NCBI RefSeq assembly: GCF_001194135.2
Contig: NC_068989.1
Span: 12,381,666 to 12,445,665 of the forward strand
From: Octopus bimaculoides
Lineage: Eukaryota
Reading direction: 5' to 3'
Length of the DNA stretch: 64,000 nt
Below are positions 26,885 to 38,923 of this stretch, piece by piece. Position numbers and translations under genes: made by a program. The notes under the pieces are model-generated. The model ran no database searches. It saw nothing but the letters and a program-made list of their open reading frames with translations, and was not told the DNA's origin. Position 1 is the first letter of the stretch, and each line of letters opens with the position of its first letter.

Positions 26885-27195
26885 TAAACGTCGCCCTTTT
26901 TAAAGCCTAGCCAGGCTCATGGGCCCGGTTTCCCGGTTTCTATGGCGTATGTGTTCCCCACAGTTGGACGGGACGCCAGTCCATCGCAGCGTTACTCAAG
27001 AAACAGGAAGAAAGAGTGAGAGAAAGTTGGGGCGAAAGACTACAATAAAGCTCGCCACCAACCCCTGCCCGAGCCTCGTGGAGCTTTAGGTGTTTTCGCT
27101 CAATAAACACTCACAACGCCCGGTCTGGAAATCGAAACCACGATCCTCCGACCGCGAGTCCGCTGCCCTAATCACTGGGCCATTGCGCCTCAACA
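26885..27195 (-). mobile_element. SINE with family C head and a Meta/V-domain-like 3' part
   Basis: Head and body match 35630-35830. The tail ctgcgatggactggcgtcccgtcc...atagaaaccgggaaaccggg differs from the C tail. Confidence 0.8.
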
Positions 27196-27204
27196 CTTGT
27201 AGAT

Positions 27205-27410
27205 ATATTGGTTTAAAATTTTGGCATAAGGCTAGCAAGTGTGAGGGGGTGGATAAGCCAATTACAGCGACCCCAGTGCTCATGTGGTACTTATGTTATC
27301 GATCTTGATAGGATGATAGGCAAAGTGGACCTCGGCAGATTTTCAACTCAGAGTGTAATAAGAGACGAAATGCCGCTAAGTATTATGCCCGGTATGCTAA
27401 CGGAAATGTC
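27205..27410 (-). mobile_element. SINE family A (diverged)
   Basis: cgaccccagtgctcatgtggtactta...aggcaaagtggacctcggcag...gacgaaatgccgctaag. Confidence 0.8.
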
Positions 27411-28109
27411 ACCATAAATGTCACTAGAGATATTGGCATTCCTGAAATATGCACGTGTAATGAAAATATCTTGGACAGAACTCTTTGAATTAATTCCTTT
27501 TCCAGAGTAAAAGAAGAACATCTTAATACACATTTCGGTTTATCAGGGCAGGACGACATCCGATGCTTTTTCAGGAACGAAAATCAACTGCACACACACC
27601 ATAATTTGTCGAATACTCTTTCTTATAGAGGCTGTGTTCCGTGCGGTGGTGCATGTGCGTGCGTGTGCGCGCGTGTTGATATGTGTATGTCTGTTGATGT
27701 GTGTGTGTGTATTGAAAGATAGACTGCATTTATGTTGTGTACCAACATTGCTCTAGCACAATCCCCTATTATATAACTACAATAACCTTAAGAATTTTGA
27801 TAAAATTTTAACAAGGCAATTTTTATATTCTACATTCTATATTCTATTAAAGCCGACCTCATATAATTAAAATTAAGAAAAAAGTGTGTTTACACTCCTG
27901 AACTACTTTGTGAATTGTTTCTTTTAATTGGAAATGTTTATTGTTATATCTACAATATTTGCATTCTTTCGAACAATGGACGTTACAATAAGAATACAAC
28001 TTTTCTTATCCATGGTAACTGATGGCCATTAATCCAAACAAACGTTCCACTACATAGAGATATTTAAATACGCCTGTCAAATCAATCCTGATAAAAACGT
28101 AGTTATATA

Positions 28110-28470
28110 CTGGGTTCAAATTTTTGGCTCAAGGCTAGCAATTTCAGGGAATTGGTTAAGTCGATTACGTCGACCCCAGCACTCAAATGGTACTTAATTT
28201 ATCGACCACGAAAAGATGAAAGGCAAAGTCGACCTTGGCGAAAACTGATTTCCGAAAACTTATCTCCGACAGACGAAATGCCTAATTCTTTCGATACATC
28301 GACCTCAGTACTCTACTGGTACTTATTTTATCGCTAACAATTTGATGACAGACAAGGTTGACCCCGGCTGAATTTGAACTCAGAATGTAATCCTTTGTAC
28401 AATAGGCACAAGACCTGACATTTTTAGGGAGGGGGCTATTCGATTACCAGTGCGTACCTGGTACTTAGTC
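28110..28470 (-). mobile_element. Rearranged SINE family A fragments
   Basis: Repeated gtcgaccccagcactcaaatggtacttaatttatcgacc and gaaaggcaaagtcgacc segments. Confidence 0.75.
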
Positions 28471-28577
28471 GACCTCTCAACTTCCTCCGCAATCACCGCC
28501 AACACCTGATGCGGGGAACACTGTGCACTTGTTCAGGCNNNNNNNNNNNNNNNNNNNNNNNNNNNNNNNNNNTATAT

Positions 28578-28619
<42 letters not shown>

Positions 28620-28622
<3 letters not shown>

Positions 28623-28930
28623 AACAAATTTAACAGAATGAGATAAAAATCCAAGGCTGTGAAACATATCAGAACATTTATAAATAGAATGTCTTACAGC
28701 TATTTCCGGGGTATTTTATATATCCCTTCATCGGAGACGGTGTGAGAAAACGGTTAGGCAGTAGTTATTCTAGATGAGATATGAAATAGAGAGTGAAGTT
28801 GAGGAATGAAGATAGACGTGAGATATGCAGGGATATTGTATCTTCAGTTCAATTATTTAGGCAGGATGGTATACATATATATATTTATATAAATAAAGAT
28901 AAGATCGTTATTTAAAAATACCGATCTTAT
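28620..28930 (-). mobile_element. Penelope-like terminal-repeat remnant with a degenerate hammerhead
   Basis: Hammerhead-like motif at 28691-28738; adjoins a TA microsatellite. Confidence 0.5.
28691..28738 (-). ncRNA. Degenerate minimal type I hammerhead ribozyme
   Basis: GUCU-CCGAUGA-A-GGG..CCC(CG)-GAAA-UAGCUG-UA-AGAC. Stem I GUCU/AGAC; near-palindromic stem III AUAGCUGU; U4C change in the core. Confidence 0.55.
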
Positions 28931-28979
28931 CAGGTGGCCAGCATGGGAATAAAAACCTCAGAGGTAATAATTATTATAA

Positions 28980-29401
28980 AAATTATAATTTAGGCTATCT
29001 AAGAGATATCACCATGTTTGAAATAGCAGTCAAACGTTGACTCTAAACCACATTAAATGTTCATACAGCACCAGCAGTAAAGACAAAGAGACAAAATAAA
29101 CTAGCAAAAAATTACTGGATAATTCCAGATCCCGGATTTCTGCCTCTGCATAAGAAATGCTCTGCCTTCATCTGTGGAATATACTCAGATAGTGCATAAA
29201 TACAAATTGATATATATATATACATACATCGATACGAATGCTTACATGTACGAACGTATACATTCATATATATGCACGTATGCACGTGACCAGTCTAAAT
29301 TTTCTCCTGGTGCTGTATGAACATTGAATGTGGTTTTAGAGTCAAAGTTTGACTGCTATTTCATGCATGGTGGTATCTCTTAGATACCCTAAATTATAAT
29401 T

Positions 29402-29402
<1 letters not shown>
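28980..29402. repeat. Inverted repeat with ~95 bp arms (28980-29074 and 29307-29402), MITE-like
   Basis: aaattataatttaggctatctaagagatatcacc...catacagcaccag versus the reverse complement of ctggtgctgtatg...gataccctaaattataattt; roughly 90% identity. Confidence 0.85.
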
Positions 29403-29432
<30 letters not shown>

Positions 29433-30589
29433 CTGTATGTGTTTGCGCTTGGCTGTGTTTGTCCGCATCTGTGTTTGTTTGCGTACATGTGTGTGTGTAT
29501 GTGTGTGTGTGCATGTGTGTGTTGTGCATGAATTTGAAAGTTCTTCAAAACAATGGTCTACTGTGAGCCTTATTTACGTTAAAAGGTAGCATTAGCCGTT
29601 CACTGAGTATAAATCAATAAAGTAAATAACGTATTAAAGTAAGTAGTAGATTCGTTGTTACAGAGTAAAACACGTTGAATCAGTGAACCACAATGGCCGC
29701 ATACCCATAACTGAAAGAATTAAAGAATAAAAGAATATCCGCACTAAAGCTAATAAACGTAACCATACTTCCTTATACAAAACAATCTGAGGTCATGACT
29801 CCTCAATAGTCCAGCAAGTGATCAGATATCCTACCCACCCCCTTAGTTTTCCTGGAAATTATTCCAGTGAATTCAAACTTCGTTTTTAATTGTTAGCTAT
29901 AATATTTCAAACGGTTATTTAAAATATCTACAAGTAACATCTAGTACACTTTACTTTTAAAATGGAACATCATCTGTGTTATATAACTAACCAGTTCAAT
30001 AGATTAACCAAGAATTAACTGCTCAGTTCCTATACAGAAGCTTTTAAGTAACTATTATTGTATAATATAACTCTAGACATCACATATTTAAGCAATATAA
30101 TTTTAACTACGACTCTATAAATAATGTTATGATCAGTATTTCCTGTAAAATATTTTATGTTAACTCTCCTTAATACTTTATTCCTCAAACACATTTCAGC
30201 TGACCAATGAACCACAATGTGATTCAGCAGATTCCACAGAAGTAATAGATTTAGTCAAATTGCTTACCAAATCTCCCATAAAGACTAACCTACTTAAATA
30301 TAGTACAAAGTTTAGATATTGTATGCTTTTATACACATTAAAACATGGGAAAATCGGTAGCGGGATATATTTGACCATTCGTAATTCGGTTAGGACACGA
30401 TTCAGAACTAAATACCCCCCCCACCACCACCACAGGAGCAGAGAGTAATAATAACACCAGGAATACCTATACGTAACTAACTTTGATTGCTTAGATATGT
30501 TTCGGCGAGAGACTGGCCTAGGCCATATCTAATTTATTATCAGAACCTGATAGGAAATGTTAAGTCGACTTTTAAGAAAGGCTTTGTGG

Positions 30590-30910
30590 CATTATGGCCC
30601 ATTTCAAGTAGTGGGTAGTTGTTGACTAAGATGTATCCAGGTCTAGGTGGCTAATTTGGTATCCTTTGAAGAAATTTGCCCAGGTTTTACTGGAAGGAGA
30701 GATCTTCCTCGTGTTTGATTTAGTTTGGGGGCAATGTTAAATAAAGCAGCGTCAGTTGACGTGAAATAGTTCTGTGGTATGGGCACAGTTTTTGTAGAGG
30801 ATGGATAAGAAAGGAACCATGCAACGGGAAATGTTTATGGAATATGAAAGAAAATATATGAGTCTTGGTGTTAGCTTGGAATGAATCAGCGAATGTAGAA
30901 TAGGAGAGAC
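30590..30910 (-). mobile_element. CR1-group LINE 3' end, decayed
   Basis: LLYLTLPPN*IKHEEDLSFQ*NLGKFLQRIPN*PPRPGY resembles the LINE C-terminal KFL..IPDQP..PGY motif. Confidence 0.6.
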
Positions 30911-30991
30911 AGGAACGAAAAGAGTAGTAATATATCAATGGCTAGAAACTAAGCACAGATTTTGGAATAGTGGCGTTTATACAGCAGTATG

Positions 30992-31031
<40 letters not shown>

Positions 31032-31062
31032 AACACACACACATATATATATTTATATACAT

Positions 31063-31105
<43 letters not shown>

Positions 31106-31668
31106 TATGTATGTATATATATATATATATNNNNNNNNNNNNNNNNNNNNNNNNNNNNNNNNNNNNNNNNNNNNNNNNNNNNNATATATACACATATGTG
31201 CGTCTGTGTGTATACACGTACATACTGACTCTCTCTCTCTCTCACACACACACGCACAGACACAAACATTTTTATTTAAAAAATATTTTATCCAAAAAAA
31301 AAAAAAGCTTATGATAGTCACAATATTTGAAGAAAGATTTCCTGAAAATAAAATATATTAATTATATAAAAAAATATTTAAAAATTGCAATGAAAAACTT
31401 CTGTTGAAGCTAAGTTTTTGTATTGAGTATAAGTGCTTTCTATGTTAAATTTTTTGAAACAGACGTGTCATGCGGTAATCCATCAAGAAGATTAACCCAT
31501 AACGCGTGTGTTGAAAAACTAGACAATGAAAGCGCTTAAAACATCCTTTCGAAAAAGTTCGTGTCATTGTCTTTTTAAGGATCTTATTTATATAATCAAT
31601 AAATTTTCTTTTATTTTTTAATTTAAGAAAATCTTTGTTCAGATATCTATCTCTCAATCTATCAGTCA

Positions 31669-31716
<48 letters not shown>

Positions 31717-32014
31717 CTGTGTGTGTGTGTGTGAGTGTGTGCGTATAACAAAATGTAACTTAAAATATTTCTGTTTCCACGTCATTTTAAATGTTTCTTA
31801 AAATACTTTCAGCTTTATAAATGATAGATGATGTGGAACGAAATTCTAAGCTCTTAATGTACCTTCTAGTCATAAGCAAAACTATATATACAGAAATTGT
31901 ATTGTATGCATGTATACATGTATATATGCATGCATGTATGTATGTATGTATGTATGTATGTATGTTTCTATGAATATATGTATGTATATCTATCTATCTG
32001 TATATATGCATATA

Positions 32015-32077
<63 letters not shown>

Positions 32078-33659
32078 GCTCGTGCATATGCATACGGACA
32101 GGCAGAGCTTAGTTTTTTTCTTAATAAAATATTCGGATCATTCTCTGAAGTTAAAGCTATTTACTATGGAGTGTCCGTGATTGTTCCCATAATCCAGTAC
32201 TCTGTTATCCGCTAACATGCTTGCTATACAGTGAGTGCTGCGGATATCCTCGAAGATTTTTTACGCTTCCTTTCTTCAGGAACAGCTTGAAGCATTGGCG
32301 AACGGTTAACGTCATTAGAGAGCATAAATAATGCGGAAGATATTATAGAACAAGGCAGCATAGCAAGCGATGGGAGAAACTAGGGAGGATATAGGTAAAA
32401 CTCTACTTAATAAAAGACCAAAGAAGCTTCCTAATATCACATAACACAGCCACAATGAAAGAATAAGGTACTTCATAAAGGGGAATTAGAAATAACTTCG
32501 AGGAAACATGAATTGAAACAATGAAGGAAATGGTGAAAAATACACATGATAATCAGTGCACAAACAATGAAAACATGTTAATAATCTAAAAACGAACAAG
32601 TGAAATCTACGAAAGTATAAATAAATACATATAAATAGGTGTTGCATGAAATTGTCTTCTTGGTATGCAATTGTCCGAATATTGAAAGACTTAGTAATCG
32701 ATTTCTACTATTTAGTAGTTGTGGTAACATCGAAAGAAAATAAGTTTGATGTCAAGAATGTCAGAGAAGAAACGGAAAATCTATCATTTTTTGAACGAAA
32801 TAATAAAAAGGAGAGTTCATCATAAAGAAAAGAAAGGAAAACATTTATATAAATGAAGACAACATGCAAGCCAGAAGGAAAGTTCAAACAAAGCATAACA
32901 GCAGAATCCTACAGGATAACACGATTTGAACAATCTGAAACTCATCTTCTAGAATAAAGTATTTCACTAAAATATCAAAAACTGATTACCAAAGAAAGAA
33001 AACAAGTACATTCTTGGGAGACATTTTTGGTTGGCATTATTGTTATTCTGTGAAAGGCAAGGGTGGTTTGACGATGATGATGATGACAGAAAGATTCTAA
33101 ATAATAATGATGGAGGTCGCTCCCATTGATTTCGACGTATTGGGAGTCTGAAGGAGTGGTTAAAAAAAAGAAAAACAGCGATTTAAAAAATAAGCTGCAT
33201 CTGTTTGCGATGGATACTCGTGAATTCAGGTATGTATATTGCTAAGTCACAATAGGGACAATAATGAATTTGATTTTGCCTGGTATTGTACAAAATTGTC
33301 TGTTGATTACAGAATACAGTCCTTTTACTGTATTCTCCAACTCAAATTGTTAAGTTGCGTCATATTTTACGCCACTCAGATCAATTTAAGCAGTAACTCT
33401 TCCAGGCTGCTAAATAACGCTATAGGGATTTTAGTGATTGCGTCAGCTTATATTTATAACTTAGCAGGGTTCCTGTTCTACCAAGGAATCCCTCTAATCA
33501 TGGGTAATGCAATAGAAATTTCGGATTGTAACCGTCTTGCATTCGAATAAAACCCGGACATCTGCGCTAAATTTTAAGAAGCATGCTTACGATAACGGAG
33601 AAATCATGTTTAACTAAAGTCTTGATATGTCTTGCCATTTTATTATATTATTTTTGGCA

Positions 33660-33810
33660 GAGTCTTTAACACGCCGGTCGAGATATTTAACGGCATTTTG
33701 TCCGTCTTCACCCTCTTAGTTCAAAATCTACCGAGGTCGACTTTGCCTTTCATCCTTCGGGGTCGATAAAATACATACCATTAGAGAACTGGGGTCGATG
33801 TAATCGACTT
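33660..33810 (+). mobile_element. SINE family A
   Basis: accgaggtcgactttgcctttcatccttcggggtcgataaaatacatacc. Confidence 0.85.
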
Positions 33811-33949
33811 TTACTCCCATGTGTATAACGTGCTATATTATATTTTATGTTTAAAAATTTTCAGGACAAACACATCCTATAAATCAAGTACCTGATAAAA
33901 ATTAATAAAGTGAAACTTCAGTTCTATATCTGAGAAATGAGGAATTATG

Positions 33950-34058
33950 TACGTTATTTACATTATTTACATTTGGCGGATAATTGTCCTCATCTTGTTT
34001 ATTGTTAACACAACGTTTCGGCTGAGACCTAGGTTCTCATTCCTAAGGTATTTTTCGA

Positions 34059-34091
<33 letters not shown>

Positions 34092-34118
34092 CATTATTAT
34101 TATTATTATTATTATTAT
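33950..34118 (-). mobile_element. 5'-truncated, internally deleted copy of the hammerhead-bearing element at 43661-43938
   Basis: Shared cattatttacatttg..ttgtcctcatcttgttt..gttaacacaa and ttctcattcctaaggtattttt followed by (ATT)n; the CUGAUGA half is absent. Confidence 0.85.
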
Positions 34119-35429
34119 AAGCTCTCTGAGAGACAGATTTTCATAAAGAAACGTTAACATGATATCAACAAAATTTTGTCGAAGATTGATGTGTGCACAT
34201 CTGTACTTTCTCCATATGGAACCGCATTTATAAGTGGTTCTAAATCTTAATAATAGATAGTATAAACGATAGATGCATGTCATACGAACAGATATCATTG
34301 ATTTCTGCTGTATAATCTTGTCATCAGTAACGCCAGTATACCATATATTTATACCTACATGCTTTCACATATACGCATATATATGTCTTTCTATATACAT
34401 GATGTATGCAGGCACACATATATGTGCATTATGTAACTTTCAACCCTTTGTATATATGTATATGTGCGCGCGTGTTTGTACAGAGAGAGAGAGTATGAAA
34501 ACTAGAGAAATTCAGATAGATCTATGTATAGATACACACATTCATAGATTTAGATATGTATACGATGTTATACGCCTATATAAATATGCAGATGTTTAAA
34601 TAAACTTACGCACATATGTCATTTTGTGTATGCAGATGTGTGTGGTTGTGCATGCGTGAATGTGTGTTTGAATGCATGAATCCACTTGACAATTCTCTGC
34701 TGCACTGAATTCATGCATACATGAAATAAAGAAACTAACCACCCATTCCTGAATGATCCATCAAACGGAAGCAGTCAGCCAAATAATGTTGTACATATCA
34801 CATCACAATCATATCACAAAGTACACAAATTCTTCATCTCTTTAAAACGGAGAAAAATAATAGGAAAAAGCAAAACTAAACTGGAAAATCCTGTCTTAAA
34901 TTTGTTTTATTTTATTATTTACTTACACATTTGTGCTTTTCAGATGTCTCTTCACTGTTTAAAAATTTCCGAAGCATTTAATTTCAGATGTATAATTCGT
35001 TGCAAGATTTCACTTTGAAAGCTAACAGTATCGCACAGAATGATTTCCGTTTGTTCTAACATTTTCATAGTCAATCAATGTCACCACCAACATCATAATC
35101 TTTTGTAGATCCATGTATCAGATATTTACATATACACGCTGCCAATTTTCATCTTCAGCAATATTATTACAAATACTACACACTCGACATAACCAAACTT
35201 TATCATCAGAACCCATAAAATTCAAGCAACTATTATTCGTATTATTTATATTGTTTAACATAACAACCCCGCTGGGGACTGCAAGTGGACTAACGTTACA
35301 CAATTCATTCAGCTTTCGAAAACTGATCCATGCAGCCCCTTTTTCTGTAGTTGTTCGTCTTCACGTTTGCTCATATCTTTTTCAATGAGTTTGTGGGACT
35401 GTTATTAACACTACTCAGAGCTCCAGCAA

Positions 35430-35830
35430 CAACGTTGTTGCTTGTTGGCACTCCGTCGCTTATGACGTCGAGGGTTCCAGTTGAACCGATCAACGGAACA
35501 GCCTGCTTGTGAAATTAACATGCAAGTGGCTGAGCACTCCACAGACACGTGTACCCTTAACGTAGTTCTTGGGGGATATTCAGCGTTACACAGAGTGTGA
35601 CAAGGCTGACCCTCTGAATTACAGGCACAACAGAAACAGGAAGTAAGAGTGAGAGAAAGTTGTGGTGAAAGAGTACAGCAGGGTTCGCCACCATCCCATG
35701 CCGGGGCATCGTGGAGCTTTAGGTGTTTTCGCTCAATGAACACTCACAACGCCCGGTCTGGGAATCGAAACCGCGATCCTATGACCGCGAGTCCGCTGCC
35801 CTAACCACTGGGCCATTGCGCCTCCACTCC
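35430..35830 (-). mobile_element. Full-length SINE family C inserted in the R4 LINE
   Basis: Inverse homolog of 48630-49010; candidate TSD ctccagcaacaac / ctccggcaataac. Confidence 0.9.
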
Positions 35831-36429
35831 GGCAATAACAACAAATATAATACTCACCATTCTCAATGATCAAGACCACCTTCTTCAAGTCTTTTTCATT
35901 CCTACTTCAAACCATTATATCTGACCAGATTCTTTGTTTTCCCCCCGATATTATCTCAGCTCCAGAGTATACAATATCTGCGCTTAAACAGTTTTTCCTC
36001 CTTATTCACAGCCACTATATTCGGCTTTCGATGTACAGTTTCATGAATCATTAATCTCACCGTATGTTTCACATGTTCTCAATTTTTCCTCATGGGATCT
36101 TTCCGTACAATCTCTTCGTGCACATGCCACGCATCTCCCCAGCAATCATTCTTACAACATCATCGTCTCTTCTTTCGTATGCTTTTCAGGCCAACTTCGT
36201 GCAATCATTCACAATATTGTATACGTCTTCCCCTTTATCACTGCACATTCCGTGCTTGTCATTTTCTGTTGTATTGTCAATCCTGCATTTAGAGTAATTT
36301 GTCCAAAGTGCTTGTTTCAAGTAACACGGATAAGCGCTTCTATTTCTGACTTCATGTCACTCTTCTTTAGCCAATGCCACTTCCATCAAGATCTGTATTC
36401 CTGCTCGTCTCTCTCGCAAACTACCTTTT

Positions 36430-36634
36430 TACTCTTTTACTCTTTTACTTGTTTCAGTCATTTGACTGCGGCCATGCTGCATCACCGCCTTTAGTCGAAT
36501 CAAATCGACCCCAAGACTTATTCTTTTTAAGCCTACTACTTATTCTATCGGTCTCTTTTGCCGACCCGCTAAGTTACGGTGCCCTAAACACACCAGCATC
36601 GGTTGTCAAGCGATGTTGGAGGGACAAACACAGC

Positions 36635-36690
<56 letters not shown>

Positions 36691-36816
36691 NNNNNNNNNN
36701 NNNNNNNNNNNNNNNNNNNNNNNNNNNNNNNNNNNNNNNNNNNNNNNNNNNNNNNNNNNNNNNNNNNNNNNNNNNNNNNNNNNNNNNNNNNNNNNNNNNN
36801 NNNNNNNNNNNNNNNN

Positions 36817-36847
<31 letters not shown>

Positions 36848-36985
36848 CGAGCTTCCTTCAGTTTCCGCCTACCAAATCCACTCACAAGGCTTTGGTCGGG
36901 CCGAGGCTATAGTAGTAGACACTTGCCCAAGGTGCCACACAGTGGGACTGAACCCAGAACCATGTGGTTGGTAAGCAAACTACCT
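36430..36985 (-). mobile_element. SINE family B with an internal (CA)/(TA) microsatellite, inserted in the R4 LINE
   Basis: tactcttttacttgtttcagtcatttgactgcggccatgctg ... cacagtgggactgaacccagaaccatgtggttggtaagc. Confidence 0.9.
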
Positions 36986-37544
36986 GTACAAATTTTCCAT
37001 TCCATTTTTTTTGTCATCCTTCCTCTATTTTTGGTCATCCTGTCTCCACGCGAGTGTTTACCCTGATTATACTAGATATTCTTATCTGAACTAGCAATGA
37101 TTCTATGAGACTCTTGCAATCTCATTCCAAGCTATTTCATTCTGATCGTATACAACTTTCAGAGCTGATTAGCCATCACCCATCTTTGTGCCTGGTTAGA
37201 TACAGCATATCAACATCGCTATTGAGGTGGAATGCTCTGTGCATTATGAATCGTTGTTCTGATTTACGATCTAGCCTATGTATCTCCGATTTCCTCCAGT
37301 TGTGGTACTTGTATCGTACTTCAATAAAGCAATCGTCCATGCATTGTTTGCTTGAAACTTATTTTTTTCCATTCAGTTTTGATGTTCTTACGAAATGCTT
37401 TTCTTCATTTTATCTCCCAGCAATTCATTCACCACTAATATGCCCAAGTATTTATACCCAGTATCATCAATTCTTTGCAGCATGTTTGTTTCTTTTTTCT
37501 GGCGTTTTACGATCTTATTTCAAATCTAGCTGTGGTAAACACCG

Positions 37545-38310
37545 CATTTCGCTCTCTCGGAATGGATAATATAAACTACGACTCAAGTACATAAGTTGAT
37601 AGAACCGATTAACCCCATCCTTCGAAAATTGCTGACTTTACCAATATTGCAAACTAAAATTATTAATTATATCTAACGTGGCGAAGGCGGTGAGCTGGCA
37701 GAATTATTAGCAATCCGGGCAAAATGCGTAGCGGCATTTCATCCGTCTCTACGTTGTGAGCTCAAATTCCGCCGAGATTGACTTTGCTTTCATCCTCTCG
37801 GGGTCGACAAAATAAGTAGCGGTTGAGTACTGGTGTCGATGTTATCGACTTCTCCCCTACCTCGAAATTGTTGGCCTGGTGCCAAAATCTGAAACAATAT
37901 GTAAGGCCGTGAGCTGGCAGAATCGTTAGCACATCGTACAAAACGCTTACAGAGATTTCCTCTGTCCTTACGCTCTGAGTTCACATTCTGCCGAAGTTGA
38001 CTTTGCCTTTTATCCCTCTGGGTTCGATAAAATATGAACCTGTCGAGCACAGGGGTTGATCTAATCGACAAACTCCTGTCCCGAAATTGCTGGTCTTGCG
38101 CCAAAATTTGAAATCAACACAGGACAAAATATTTAGCTGCTTTTCGTCCGTCTTTAACGTTCTGCATTCAAATTCCACCGAGATGTTTGAATTTCATTCT
38201 CTTGGGGTCATTGAAATAAATTAGTAGATGATCACTTGGGTGGATGCCAACGACAATCCCCCTCCTCCCAAAATTTCACGCCCTGTGCTTTTAGTACGAA
38301 TGATCATTAA
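37545..38310 (+). mobile_element. Head-to-tail array of about 4 diverged SINE family A copies
   Basis: gagctggcagaat heads at ~37692 and ~37911; further cores at ~37580 and ~38160. Confidence 0.85.
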
Positions 38311-38873
38311 TATTCTCTACTGTTAACACTAAAAGGAGGGCAGTAGTAGTACGATGCATTAGCGTCCATCTTGTTTATAATTATTACATCCAACAGTATG
38401 ATCTATACCCTGAACCCTAGCCAGTTATAACATTACTGTAATCGACCATGTTTTACTTGTAACACAGTCACTTACACTTCTCATCTCAGACTTACCAAAA
38501 TATCAGAGGCAAAGTTTATTTCATTTCTCAATAGATGTCGCACTATTTCTTCGAAACATCGATACTCTTTGCTTTGATTTTTTCCCCTTCACCTAGCTTT
38601 AGCCTCATCACTGTTTTCTTCCGAGCCATCGAGCATGTTTAACAAAACCATTTTGCTCCAGGGATTTTTAATATTAGTACTAATATTTTTATAAGATCTG
38701 GTAGGAAGAATATTGGTGTTTTTATTAAATAATACTAATAATATGTATATATATATATATATATATTATTTTGCTAATTTTGTTGTTGTTAGCCACATGT
38801 AATCTCTTTACGATCTATAAATATAGTATGAAAATATGTATGAAATAATAAGCCATACTTTCGTGTACTTCTA

Positions 38874-38923
<50 letters not shown>

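Larger units (their letters stand above)
35330..37540 (-). mobile_element. R4/Dong-type (RLE) LINE 3' half, decayed and interrupted by two SINEs
   Basis: MHRAFHLNSDVDMLYLTRHKDG (~37250-37180); WLKKSDMKSEIEALI (~36380); DKGEDVYNIVNDCTKLA*KAYERRDD (zinc-knuckle region, ~36240-36160); EQLQKKGLHGS (~35350) resembles E.LQK.ALLGT. Confidence 0.75.

Noticed and set aside
29684-30219. Exact 12-mer tgaaccacaatg repeated at 29684 and 30208, suggesting duplicated alternative exons
   Set aside because: Similarity does not extend and the second copy has no acceptor
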